This document shows, one piece after another, positions 40,872 to 54,140 of a stretch of DNA of 64,000 nt. This DNA comes from Octopus bimaculoides (Eukaryota). The stretch lies in contig NC_068992.1 in the NCBI RefSeq assembly GCF_001194135.2, positions 63,993,195 through 64,057,194 of the forward strand. The letters run 5' to 3'. The notes under the pieces were generated by a model, which saw only the letters and a program-made list of their open reading frames with translations, was not told the DNA's origin and ran no database searches. How positions within the stretch are numbered: position 1 is the first letter of the stretch; every line of letters starts with the position of its first letter. The position numbers and the translations under genes were made by a program.

Positions 40872-41092
40872 AAGGTGGAGAACTGGCAGAATCATTAGCA
40901 TGCCACACAAAATGCTTAGCGGCATTTCATCTGTCTTTACATTCTGAGTTCAAATTCCATCAACGTCAACTTTGCCTTTCATCTTTTTGGGGTTGATGAA
41001 ATAAGTACCAGTTCAGTATTGGGGTTACTGTAATCAACTAGCCCCACTCCCCCAAAATTTCAGGCCTTGTGCCTATAGTAGAAAGTATTATT
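40872..41092 (+). mobile_element. SINE family B, full-length. Others: ~14230-14410 (+), 31200-31400 (-), 42000-42170 (-), 47720-47942 (-), 50940-51250 (-), 57303-57520 (+)
   Basis: tRNA-like head GGTGGAGAACTGGCAGAATCATTAGC, B-box-like GAGTTCAAATTCC, core CTTTGCCTTTCATC...AAGTACCAG, and tail GGCCTTGTGCC...TATTATT. Confidence 0.8.
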
Positions 41093-41246
41093 GTTGTTTA
41101 CTTTTAACAGAAGACTGTCAAATAAAAGTATATATGAGTGTGTGTGATTGAATGCAAGTACGTATGTAGCTGCTATGAAAAATACAGTTATGTTCAAGTG
41201 AAAGATTTTATAATCATTTCTTAGCATTCACATACTGAGAAATCAA

Positions 41247-41669
41247 CATCATCATTGTTTCTAAATGTCTGCTTTTCCATGTAAGCATGGGTTGGACAAA
41301 ATTTGCTGAGGCAGATTGTCTACAGCCAGACGTCTTTCCTGTTTCCAAGTAAGGTAACATTTCCCCGTGGCCAGACATGTTTTAAAGAAAGATTCGAAAT
41401 GAAAGACATTACTTGCATGGTGGTGACACTCATTTACAAGTATCACGCAAAGTCATGGCAAGGAGACAGTAACATACCAGCACATATACACACATACACA
41501 CACGTGTGTGTATCAAAAAGGCTTCTTTCAGTTTCCCTTTACCAAATCTACTCACAAGGTTTTGGTCAGTCAAGGGTTATACTGGGAGATACTTGCCCAA
41601 GGTGCTATGCAGTGGGACTGAATCCAAAACCATGTGGTTGGGAAACAAATTTCTTACCACACAGTCATG
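41247..41669 (-). mobile_element. SINE with family A head and RTE-like (GAT)n tail, full-length
   Basis: Same modular structure as 2312-2735, 35840-36220 and 58290-58700. Confidence 0.8.
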
Positions 41670-43506
41670 TCGACATTCACTTAGGGAGCAGTTGTGAAAC
41701 TGGAAAAAAAATAGTGTTGCAAGTACTTAGTTCCTTCCTCTTCTTGTAAACTTACAATGTACGGCAGAAATAATGATTGAAGCAATACAATAATTCTTTT
41801 CTTACACAATAAAGAAACAAAGATAAATAACATGATACCTTTATATATAATCAAAGTACAGCAATTAGAGGTCACTGATATGTACAATGACTTTTGATAG
41901 TACGCTTAACACACATAATATTTGGACGTATTCAGCAAAGTTCACACCTTACAAGCAATTAGAGAAAAGCATGATTTTCTTGTATTCTGCAGATATTATA
42001 TTGGTTTCAAATCTTGGTACAAGGCCAGCAATTTCAAAGGAGAGGATAAGGTGATTACATCAACCAGTACTTTGGTGAAATTTGAACTCGGAATATATAG
42101 ATAGGATGAAATGTTGCAAAGCATTTTTCCCAGTGTGTGGTAATGATTCTGCCAACTTCCAGCCTTATCTCTCAGTCTGAACATCAGTACTACCAAAGGT
42201 CATGAGCATTGCACCTTCATCTTCTCATTAACCCAGGAATAAAAAATAAAAAAGAAAGAAACAAGCTAATCAAGCTAATATTCATAGAAATACAAATGTT
42301 ATACAACCCCAACTTTGAAGTGCCTTTCATTACTTCAGAAACACAGCCATATCTCATAAAAATATATCAGCAATACCATATAAAAAGCAAGTTGACAAGA
42401 TAGTTGTGTATATCAGTTGACCAACATACACAGGGTTACAGACCAAAATCAATGCAGTGACTGTAACAACACAAGATATAATTATAAAACTTGCACATGT
42501 ATTAATTCTAACCTACTGATGTCATCAATTAAACATAAAGCAGTATTAATAATAACCTATTACAAAATGCAAAGTAAATTAAAAGACTCCTTATTAAGAA
42601 ATTGTACGCTAGACAGTCAGGTAAACCTTCACACAACCAATATAACAATCATAAATGCAAAGCTGGATATTGTTGAGTTTGTTAATCCAAATTGTTAATG
42701 TTGGACTAATGAATAGCAGGCTATCTCACAAGCTTTCCATATACTCTCAACATGGCACAACACAAAACGACATAAAATTAGGTCTCCTTAATCATAGCTA
42801 ACATGAGATACAACTAACTACCTAGAATGGCATTATTTAACATCAGTTTTCTCCACAGAGTGAGTATTCCATGAAAATAAGACAACTTACAGAACTGATC
42901 CTTCCAGCTAAACAAACACTAAAAATTTAGAGCAAATGAGTGAACCACTATGTTTGACCAATCAAAAATTGCATTCAAATCCTCTCTAAAATCACATTCT
43001 ATTGCCTTAAAAAAGGGAAGGATGCATTAACTAAAAAAGTAGTCAAAATACACTGCTTCAGATGTAGAAAACAAAATGTTGGCAGTTGAAATAGTTGTGA
43101 TCAATAAGTGTTATCCTGGGGCTAAAAAGTAACACCACTTTATACAAGAAGATTCAGATGTTCCTAGACTTTAGTAATGGTAATGGTTACAAACTTAAAA
43201 ATTCTAGAAGCATCTGACGAAAGAAAATATATAACATGAACCAATTACATTCTGCTTATTCAGTAATTACATTCACCACTACAAACTATTATTCCAACAT
43301 GCATTACCCAGACAGTAAGGTCATAAGGACCAAGAAATGGTGATGCCATGGTGGTCTTAGGATAATCAATATTCCTAACCCTACAACAAAAAAGCATAAA
43401 TAAAAAGGGAAAGACACTGCCTCAAAATACAGGAGTAAAAATAAAGCTGTAACCAACATACAATCTCTCTCTCTTTCTCACCCCCATATAATATATATAC
43501 TGTAAG

Positions 43507-43541
<35 letters not shown>

Positions 43542-43557
43542 TACTGTNNNNNNNNNN

Positions 43558-43593
<36 letters not shown>

Positions 43594-43871
43594 CATATAT
43601 ATATACATACATATACATATACACACATATATATACACACATACATATATATATACATATATACACACACATATATACATATATATACACATATATACGC
43701 AAATATACATATACATACATATGTACATATGCAGGTATGAGTTAGAGGTGTTTAAACCCTCTAAGGGAGAAATGCATCCAAAGCACTCCTAGTAATTATC
43801 TCAGTAACTGTAATCCCTGGTATAAGGTATACGGCAGCTGGTAATTTAACGGGTAAACCGTAGTTTAATTT

Positions 43872-43915
43872 ATACTAGCAGAGATACCCGGCCTTGCTCG
43901 GGATGAAAATGGCAT
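43872..43915 (+). mobile_element. Helitron/HINE-like terminus
   Basis: ATACTAGCAGAGATACCCGGCCTTGCTCGGG: ACTAG followed by a CCCG...CGGG subterminal hairpin, as in non-autonomous Helitron-like repeats. Confidence 0.45.
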
Positions 43916-44433
43916 AGATTTTATTGGTTTACTTGTTTCTGTCATGTGACTGCGGTCATGGTGGAGCACCGCCGTTCATCGAAGAAATCAACGACAGGAT
44001 TTATTCTTTGTAAGCCTAGTACTCATTGTGTCAGTGTCGTTTACCAAACCGCTAAGTTACGGGAATGTAAACACAGCAACATCAGTTGTCAAGCAATGGT
44101 GGGGGTAGAAACCCAAGATACAGGCACACACATATACAAATATACACATATATACGACAGTCTTCAGTTTCCGAGTAAGAAATCCAGTTTCCAAGTAAGA
44201 AATGTGTGTATGTGTGCAAAAGGAAGTTATTTTATGGCATTCTTTCATTTGAAGCAGGAAAGTTGTCAACTCAATCATATGATCGATCATATGATTGTTC
44301 ATTAATTTCTATAAAAAAATTTTTATTTCCCTTTGCTTTAAAGAGAGCAGAAAGTGAAAAAGCAACATTTGCTTTGAAGTAAGAGCAGAAAGTGAAAGAG
44401 AGAAGGTGAAAGATGTATGTGTATATGAAATGG

Positions 44434-44509
<76 letters not shown>

Positions 44510-44989
44510 AAGATAGAATGAGTGAAGGTGTGTGTTGTCATATATGTACTTTTTTGCATGTATGTGTAAGTGGCACTCACTCATTCACTCTCTCTCTCTC
44601 ACACATTATCTTTCACATACATAAATTCATATGTATACATCTTTCCTGTATGTGTGTGTGTAGAGAGAGAGAGAGAGAAATGAATGTCTTTTAAGGTACA
44701 CACTCATATAGAAAATGTGACATTGTCGTGGTATAAAATGTTGTTTACAATAGTTGACTTATAGAAAGATTGTAATGTTAAATTTTTGTAATGCAAATAT
44801 GTAAATGAAAATAAAGTTTATTTGGTAGCCGAAAGATTACTGAAGCTTTTGATACCCCATACGTCAAAAACGTCAGTTTCTGAATGCATTTGTTAATTTT
44901 CGTAAAAAAGTTTTTCATTACACTTTGGAGAGAGCAGAAATTGAAAGAGAAGAGAAAATGAAAAGGCTTTGAAGTGAGAGCAGAAAGTG

Positions 44990-45170
44990 CCACATAAAAG
45001 CGCCTGTGTGATGCCATACAAAAGAACCCAGCACACTCAGTGGTTGGTGTTAGGAAGGGCATCCAAGCATAGAAACCATGCCAAACCAGACAACTGGAGT
45101 CTGGTGCAGCATGCCAGCTCTGGTCAACCTGTCCAACCCATGGACAACAGATATTAAATGATGATGATGA
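44990..45170 (+). mobile_element. RTE-type 3'-end repeat ending in (GAT)n. Other copies: ~10763-10870 (-), 33818-33960 (-), 39465-39630 (-), 61136-61230 (-), 62500-62670 (+), 62720-62830 (+)
   Basis: GGTGTTAGGAAGGGCATCCA...GAAAC...TGGTGCAGC...CCAACCCATG...TTAAATGATGATGATG recurs throughout the window. Confidence 0.7.
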
Positions 45171-45611
45171 TTATATATGAGAGAGAGAGAGGGGTGGATA
45201 TGGAGAACAAGTTGAAAATGTATCAAAATTTTCTTTTACATGTGTGTGTGTGGTGTATAATTAAAATAAGTTTAACTTTTTAAGATAAGTGGAGAATAAT
45301 CTTATTTAATGGGTTTATATGCAGAAGCAACGAGTTGTTCTCCTCACATATCCAGATGATCTTTCATATTTAGTAGTTTTGTTTTGCTATGTAGATGGTC
45401 TGCATTTATTTATGATGCATATTTTTTGTGTACTATGCAATTTATTGTGAACAGACTGGGTACCCAAATAGGATTTGCCCCATCCATGATGAATCTAATG
45501 TGGTGTTGTTGTTTCATTCAGTTGGCCAAATGTGGTGCCTCTGATTATCCTAAGCATGTTTGTGTAGTTTTTATTTTATTTCTTTTTTTTATTTTACTAC
45601 ATCTTCTGGAT

Positions 45612-45896
45612 AATACAGTTCTATATTTAAGAGATGAGGAATTATTTACATTATTTACATTATCTACATTTGACGGATATTCGTCCTCATCTTGTTTGTT
45701 GTTAACACAACGTTTCGATTCACGGCAGCGACCTGATTAATAATAATAATAATAGTAACATCGATAGGAATGAGAACCCAGGTTCGAAATTTCCCCAAGA
45801 CACCTGACGAAGGCTGGAGGGTATATCAGCCGAAACGTTGTGTTAACAACAAACAAGACGAGGACGAATATCCGTCAAATGTAGATAATGTAAATA
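45612..45896 (+). mobile_element. Non-autonomous Penelope-like element fragment with an inverted terminal arm and 11-bp TSD
   Basis: TSD ATCTTCTGGAT at 45601-45611 and 45897-45907 (the first 2 nt overlap the arm end). Inverted arms 45650-45717 and 45831-45898 match at 67 of 68 bp. Contains a hammerhead motif typical of Penelope-like elements. Confidence 0.8.
45799..45844 (+). ncRNA. Minimal type I hammerhead ribozyme
   Basis: Stem I GACAC (45799-45803) / GTGTT (45840-45844). Core CTGACGA (45804-45810) plus one extra A. Stem II GGCTG/CAGCC with a 10-nt loop. GAAAC (45832-45836). Stem III reduced to the palindrome ACGT. Predicted GUU cleavage triplet, cutting after 45839. Confidence 0.8.
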
Positions 45897-48225
45897 ATCT
45901 TCTGGATGTTGTGAATGAATTTGTGATTCCTCTTAGTATTTTTGCCATGTAGGAGTGTGATATGGTCAAGTACTTGAGTGTAATGGCTAATTATAATTGA
46001 TGTTCTCTGGTAAGAAGGAAAACAGTGGATTTTGCAGTTGATGCTATTTTATTTAAGTCTATTGGTGTAGAGCCAAGTTTCCAGGCGATTTAAATAGGGT
46101 TGGAATAGTTGTGCAGTAGCTGTATCTGGAAAATGATGGGAGGATATGCATGTAGCCCTTTGCACACTCTGTGGAAGTAAAGGAAGGCTATACAGGTATA
46201 GCTTGAAAAGAGTGGACAAGAGGACAGATCCTTGTGATATCCCATTTTATAAATTACAAGATCTGGAAGTGTTGCTCTTGTAACTATTAGCCAACACTTT
46301 ATGTCACTTCTAAAGGTGATGTTGAGTACTTTTTGTATGAATGGTTAGCAGGAAACGGACATGAAAGATTAGCTGATGCTGACAATAGTTAGAATGCAGT
46401 GTATAGGAGGGTTTTGTTGTTGAATCCAATATGGTCCTTTTTGCTTTTGTTTTGTATTTTCGTCGTTGTGTATAGCAGCCTGAATATGTGTCAATTTTCA
46501 AAGAAGGAGGGTCTCAAGTTTTTTATAATGTCACTTCACGTGGGTTTTTACTGGACTGTTTTAAATATATAGAACACACTAATTATAAAAGGGTATGTAT
46601 AATGTGATTTGAATATAATTTGGAATGTTCTGTGTTCTGGAAGTAACAATATTCTCTGAATTATTACAACTTGAATGTCATGAGTGGTGAGAAATTCTTT
46701 TAGTTCCATTAAGGTGTTTTAATGCCGTGAGCATTGCATAGCAGAATTTGGGATTTTTTGTCTCATGCTTACAAAGTTTATTACACATGTGAATCATGTA
46801 TTTCTGAATGTATTCTATGCAGATCTGTGACATGGAAAAGAAGATAACAATATTCCTTGTTTATTCCTAGGTGATAATGTTTCTCCTGTAAAATCATGTA
46901 TTTTTCTGGAATATTTGTATATACCATTGTTTAGTGATGTCTGTGTGGTTATTTTGTAGATATGTGTGATTATGGTACGTAATTTGAAGCCTGCTACTCA
47001 GAAGATACACTTTTCAAAAAGATATTAAGAAACGAGTGCTTTTTGTTTGTTTCTTAATACAAGACAAAATATAAACAAGTAAACTTCTGAAATGTAACAA
47101 TATTTTCAATGCCTTATCTATACAACAGGACTGCAGCTTTTGTCTTTTAACTTAAAGCTACAGACAAACATTTAAGTTTAGAGCCTAACTGTCTTTTAAA
47201 GTAATGTCAATGCTATATATTATGGTTGGTTAAGAAAGTTAATACTCCCCACTTCCAATGTTTACTCTATATTTCAACACAGTTGAAAGCGATGTATCTG
47301 TCTTTTGACGATAGTTGTCACTCTGGCAAATATTGTTATATTCCGAAGTCGTCCATAGAATGTTCTATCTGGCACTGTACGACCACCAGCAGGACAGTGT
47401 TAGTATCCTCAAAAGGTTGGATCGTCATAACATTCACTCAGTATCCCAGTATAATTACTCTATCGACACATACTCTCAACCTTCTGACCTGCTACTCGTC
47501 TATTTATAACGGCTTTACTGAGGAGGGGTGTCCAGCTTCATTATACAACAAGTTTAAAATAAAAAGGGAAAGACATTCTGTTTACCCTGAGACAGCTAAA
47601 CTACAGATAAAGGAAGCCTTGGAGGAGAAAATGAACATATTTTATTGTCAGTAATATGGTAAAAAGAGCTCCAAAGAACCAGTATTTGGTGAACACTACT
47701 ACTATTATGATTAATAATAATGATCCTTTCTAATATAGGCACAAGGCCTGAAATTTTCAGGCAAGGGGGTTCATTAATTACATTGACCTCAGGGCTAAAC
47801 TGATACATATTTGATCAATCCAGAAAGGATGAAAGGCCAAGTCAATCTCAACAGAATTTGAACTCAGAACGTTAGGCCAGAAGAAATGCTGCTAAGTATT
47901 TTGTCTGGTGTGTTACCATTTCTGCCAGCTGGCGGCCTTAATAATAACGATGATAATGATTTATTGCCACAAGAACAACAAATGGAATTCATGAGACAAA
48001 GAAAGAAACAACTAATATGGAAAGATATATCATATGTGTAAGACACCTTGCATCAATTTTGTATTACAGCAACAGTTATAATAATGGCATTATATTTAAG
48101 AGGAATGTAAGGAATGTGTAATCCAACGCAAAGTGCCAAAATATGTAATGTGTGGTAAATTTATAGGATTATAAGACACCTCAGAATCTCCATTTACACA
48201 CTATGCAATATATCACAGAAATATT

Positions 48226-48419
48226 ACATACACCACAAGCACACAAGAACTCTACATACAAAGGGGTACTCAACATGGATGTTTGACCTGCTAGAAATAG
48301 CAGTTAAAGCTCCTTCAATTGCACATACACCACAAGCACACAAGAACTCTACATACAAAGGGGTACTCAACATGGATGTTTGACCTGCTAGAAATAGCAG
48401 TTAAAGCTCCTTCAATTGC
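48226..48419. repeat. Exact 97-bp tandem duplication
   Basis: 48226-48322 is identical to 48323-48419. Confidence 0.9.
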
Positions 48420-49219
48420 ACACTTAAACATTAACTGAATGAATGTATTCCTAGATACTCTAACAATAACCTAGGGTTAAATAACAACAACAATAAACAT
48501 CTCAAATGCACAGTAACTTAACAATGCAGACATACAAAAACTAATAACTTATAATAGGCTTGATGTAGTGATTTAGAGATTAAAATCTTGAGAACACAAA
48601 TTTCCAAAATAAAATGTGAATAATTTACAAATATTAATCAATATCGATAAATCATTTAAATACCAAATTGAAAACAGAAAGAAAAGAAAATCAATGTAAC
48701 AAAAAATAAAATTTATAAAACAAAGACATGAAAAATAATGATTTCTAAAATTAGCAAAATGCCATAATTTTAGGGGTGGAGGGTGTAGTTGATGAACCAA
48801 ACCCCTGTATATAACCAGTAATTCTTTTATCTGCCTCTGAAGGAAGAAAGGCGTGATCTGCCTCAAGCAAGATTCAAACACAATGTATAATAGGCTAAAC
48901 TGTATACCACAAGGCTTTTAATTAGTCATTTTACCAATTCTGTCACTCAATTAGTTAGAATTATTCTTGTCTCGATATTCATTTCTATCTACTGAATTAA
49001 TTATCAAGAAGTTTGCATTGCGAGTTTGATCCTAATGTGGAGCATCTTAGGCAAAAGTCTTCTAGTAGAGGTTAGCAAGGGATTTGTGAATAAAATTTGG
49101 TAAACAAAATCTGTGCAGCAGATTGTTGGATGCATTTGCATGTGTGTGTGTGTGTATGTGTGTGTGTGTGTGTGTGTGCTTGTGTATAGTATAAAATAGT
49201 ATAGCATAGTGAAGGAAGG

Positions 49220-49273
<54 letters not shown>

Positions 49274-49793
49274 NNNNNNNNNNNNNNNNNNNNNNNNNNN
49301 NNNNNNNNNNNNNNNNNNNNNNNNNNNNNNNNNNNNNNNNNNNNNNNNNNNNNNNNNNNNNNNNNNNNNNNNNNNNNNNNNNNNNNNNNNNNNNNNNNNN
49401 NNNNNNNNNNNNNNNNNNNNNNNNNNNNNNNNNNNNNNNNNNNNNNNNNNNNNNNNNNNNNNNNNNNNNNNNNNNNNNNNNNNNNNNNNNNNNNNNNNNN
49501 NNNNNNNNNNNNNNNNNNNNNNNNNNNNNNNNNNNNNNNNNNNNNNNNNNNNNNNNNNNNNNNNNNNNNNNNNNNNNNNNNNNNNNNNNNNNNNNNNNNN
49601 NNNNNNNNNNNNNNNNNNNNNNNNNNNNNNNNNNNNNNNNNNNNNNNNNNNNNNNNNNNNNNNNNNNNNNNNNNNNNNNNNNNNNNNNNNNNNNNNNNNN
49701 NNNNNNNNNNNNNNNNNNNNNNNNNNNNNNNNNNNNNNNNNNNNNNNNNNNNNNNNNNNNNNNNNNNNNNNNNNNNNNNNNNNNNNNNNNNNN

Positions 49794-49848
<55 letters not shown>

Positions 49849-52800
49849 TACTTTACTTCCAAATGTTTGAGGAACTGGTTGTGTTTTTCTCACATACACA
49901 AAACTAGATAACATAAAAAGCTAAATCAACACATTACTCAATAAATAAAACTCAAACTATACGCTTAAAGTGCTACTTCTTTCTATTTGTTCACTCACAT
50001 GCATACATACATACATGTCTGTGTGATTAAGAAGTTCATTTCCCAACCACATAGCACTTTGGGGAAGTGTCTTCTATTATAGTTCTGAGCTGATCAAAGT
50101 CTTATGAGTGGATATGGTAGATGGAAACTGAAAAAAGAACCCTGCACATGTGTTCGTTTGTTTGTTTCCATTTGCACTTCTCCAAAAATCACTTAGCTTC
50201 AGATGGCGACGTTGCTGTCATTTCCCTTGTCAACAAGTCATTTGCTAGCTTTACACCTTTAAAGATGTGAAGAAAAAGATATCCCTTACCTGAGAAAATA
50301 GATAAGGGTTAGCAACAGGAAGGGCATGCAGCTATAAAACAACACCAATACTTATTATTATGGTTCAAAACAGCCTGCACTCTCTCACCCTGCTACACTA
50401 ATGTTTTTCAGGAAGACCTTTCTTCTAAATAGAAAACTATTATTCATTAAATATCATCTTTTACATTTCTAATGTGCAACTTTTGCATGCTGCAATTCGC
50501 TATAGACTTTGCAGCATTAGTTGCATCACCGCAATGTTTTCATTTATTATTCTTTTCCTTTAACTAACCATTCCAAAGGAGTACCACCAATGCATGCTTC
50601 TCAATATTTTCTTTTTTACTATTTATTTGTTTCTTTACATACATCTGTTCTGATAATCATCTCCAAACATTTGCAGTGCCAGTTCTTTCATCCAAGAAGA
50701 GAACATGCTAACTAAACCTTTCGCAATCCATCATTACACTATGCCTATTTTGTATTTTTTTGTTTACTTTTTTAAACATTTTTCTGTACGGATACGATTA
50801 AAGTACATTCATACAATAGACAAATCTATTAATCATTACAACTATTCATATTTCATTCTAGACAACACTGATCACTTATAACTGAAAAAAAAATTTCTTT
50901 AAAAAGAAAAGCTAATGTTAGTAATAATAAATAACAACTGTTTCTAATTTAGGCACAAAGCCAGCAATTTTGAAGGTGGATTAGCCAATACCATCAACCT
51001 CAGTAACTAACCGGTATTTTAGAATGAAAGGCTTAATTAACTGCAGCAGGATTTGAACTCAAGTATACAGAGCTGGAAGAAATGCCACAAGACATTTTCA
51101 CAAACATTCTAATGAGTCTGCAAATCCAGTGCCTTTTTGTTTCTAATTTATTCACAAAGCAGGAGGAGAGGGTTTATTGATTTCATCAACCCAGTACTTG
51201 ACTGGTGCTTTATCTTACCACTAATGCTAATGACTCTGCAAGCTCGCCGCCTTAGAGCCAAAACAAATACCACAAGACATTTTTTTTTGATGTTCTAATA
51301 ATAACTATAAAGCTAACATTAATTATTCTTAGAACCTCGTTAAAGAACAAGAACAAAATGTATTTTACCAAGTCTTACATTTACCTATATTCACTAGCAT
51401 TAGTATATTTTTCACTTCCATTCAAGAACTAGTAGCAGGTCTAAATACCATTTCTCAAGAGTCATTCATGAAACTATCATTCTAGAATGAGAATTGTGTC
51501 TCTTGCTTTTAAATGCAGGAAATGAGAGAAGTATTTATTGATAATTTGGTTTCCAGAGACTTTTGGTTCTTGCTCTTTCTCTCAACAGAATGTATCACCT
51601 AAGCAGTAACCTTCAATATAATGAAGAATTATAGTGCTCTTAAATGCAAGAAAGATGACACAAGACTAGTGAAAGTGGATTATATTCTGTGAGGGGGAGA
51701 GAGAGAGAACAGTCATGAATGCTAGGTCTATCTTTGCTTAAGAATGGAACAGATTAGTTGTTATCGTTGGCCATTCCTATTGTGCTGTGTAGGAATTGGC
51801 ATGTCAAAGAATAGACCCGTTTCTTCTGCATGTCATAAAAGGCAACTAAAAGGGGTTGAGGTAGGATTTGCACTCTGACCTTAAAAATGCCCTCATCAGC
51901 AATGACTACCCAAACAGACCAATGGGTTGGAGGATTGTCGCTTGAGTGGGTGCAAAGCTATCATCTGCCAGGAGTAGGGAATCACCAACAAATGGTGGAT
52001 GCAGTGATGCATTGTTACATCACATGCTCCCCTAATACTACTACTACCATCACTACCACCTATATAGCAGACCCAGGATCAATGACTTTCCACTCATTAA
52101 ATCCATTTTTGCATCAGTTATCGTTTATGCAGGATAAATAATCCAATGTATTCTATTTTTTAAGACCATAAGCTGTGATATGAGGAAGATTTGGCTGCTA
52201 TTTCTGACATGTTGAGTAACCACATTGAAGCTCCCTTTGCACATCTAGGGTAAGTTGTTTTCAGAAAGGAAACTAAACAAGTTTGGAAAACACCTGAACA
52301 GAAGATACCTCTTATACAATGTGATAAGAGAGGGTGGGGCACAAGAACAGCAGTCAGCTAGTAAAACCAACAGAGGGAATGGCCTGCTGCACACATGAAT
52401 GAGACAAGAGCAGGCAACTAGTAAAACTGACAGTGGACCTACTTGTATATAAGACTGTGGGAATGACAGACGTCACTAGATGGAACTAAAGAAGGTCCCT
52501 CTATATACAAGAATGTTGAAGTCAATGGGTAAAAGTAAGAGAGAAGAGGGCTACTTGCACACAATGTCACAAGAGAGTAGTCAACCAGTGGAAACAATAG
52601 AGAGGAAATGCCATCTGTATAGAACAAGGATGTATCAAGATGGGCAATCAATCAATGTAACAATTGGTGGAAGAGGGCAACCTGTACAGAAAATTATGCT
52701 ATCTTTTCACTTGTTTCAATCAAGGGACAGCAGCCATGTTGGGGCACAGCCTTCAAAGGTTTTAGTCAAACAAATGGACACCAATACTTAGTCTTTTTTT

Positions 52801-53519
52801 TAAAGTTTAGCACTTATTCTATAGGCCTGCTTTGCTAAACCACTAGGTTGTGGTGACATAAACAAACCAACACCAGTTGGATAAGCCCAAGGTGCTGCAT
52901 AGTGGGACTGAACCTGAAACCATGTGGTTGCAAAGTAAGCTTCTTAACCACAAGGCCATGCCTGCACACATGCATATGTAACAGTAAAGAAAGATATGAA
53001 GATAAAGAAAATTGAAGGTCCTTTGAGGATAATTATTGAGATGTTGAAAATACGAAGATGAGTTGAATTTACACGAGTCCTGTTTGGTCTTGATGTTTAG
53101 TCCCAGTTCAGCCATGATTAAGCAGCTATGATCAAAAACACTTCCGTAACAAAGCTGATCTCTTTTTAATGCTACTGTCCAACATGTTGTTCTTAATTAA
53201 GATGGTTGAGTGTGTGGGTAAATCTGGTTGCTATTTCTGACATGTTAAGTTGATAATGGTGTTATTCTGAATAATTAGTGTCACAGTTGTATCTCAACTA
53301 CAACAAAGGAGGAGGAGTGGATACAAGACAGAGTTTATATATAACAGCCTCACATATTATAGAAAACAATTTTGGAGCAAGATAGTATTTTAGTTGAATA
53401 ATATGTAGCCTGGTTTTGAATTACAGAGTGAAACCTACATTTCTGGGAAGATCACCAAAGAGAAACAACTACATTTGATAATTTTCAAACCAGTGAGTTC
53501 TTCTGGTAGAGTTATACAG

Positions 53520-54140
53520 TCTATAGGCAGGTTGACAAATGAGAAGGCCAAGGATGGATTCATGGACAAGAGTCAAAAAACGTCAGAGAATTCAATGTGT
53601 ACTAGTTTGTGTCCATGATCAAAGCTCTGTTTTCTGTTATAGACTTTTCAGAATGTTACACAGAAGTTCAGGCCTGCTCCTGCACCATTACCATTTTGAA
53701 AATTTCAATAAGCTTAGAGTCCAGTATCTCTGAAAGAACTATGAGTTCAAAACTTGAAAAAGAAGCATGGTGTGAAAAGAAGCCTGACAATAAACTTTTC
53801 AAGAATTGATAAACGGTAAGAGGGATTCAAAACCACAATAACATGTGATACCTTGCTCAATACATAAGCAGGGTGTGTGTAGACAAGTAAAACAATGTGT
53901 ATGGTGTATAGAATAGGATCTCTGTCAGAGTGATGGAGAAAAAGCAAAACTTTTTATGTACCATATGCACTAGATTAGTTAGTAACAAGAGCAACTATGT
54001 TAAGAGGCCCACAGATTATTTACAAAGCTCACTGTAATGGATATGATTTATTATCCAGTCAAGATATTTGGTGCTGAAAATGTTTGGTTGAATGAAATGA
54101 AAAATGTTTAGAGAATTGTCACTTCTGTTGTCAAGAAAGA
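53520..54140 (+). mobile_element. Degraded RTE-clade LINE RT fragment
   Basis: REFNV, CVHDQSSVF and EVQACSC are decayed forms of F.V.VGVHQGSVLSP and EFRTGCPW. Confidence 0.5.

Larger units (their letters stand above)
45395..46760 (-). mobile_element. Internally deleted LINE relic (I/Jockey-like; AP endonuclease start plus RT), split by the Penelope-like insertion
   Basis: ELKEFLTTHDIQVVIIQ (46656-46706), NGISQGSVLLSTLFKLYL (46193-46246), QPYLNRLETWLYTNRL, and, left of the insertion, IRGTTFGQ. These motifs are colinear on the minus strand. Confidence 0.75.

Noticed and set aside
43381-43728. Tyr/Ile/Val/Cys-rich ORFs
   Set aside because: Translations of a compound (TA/CA) microsatellite.
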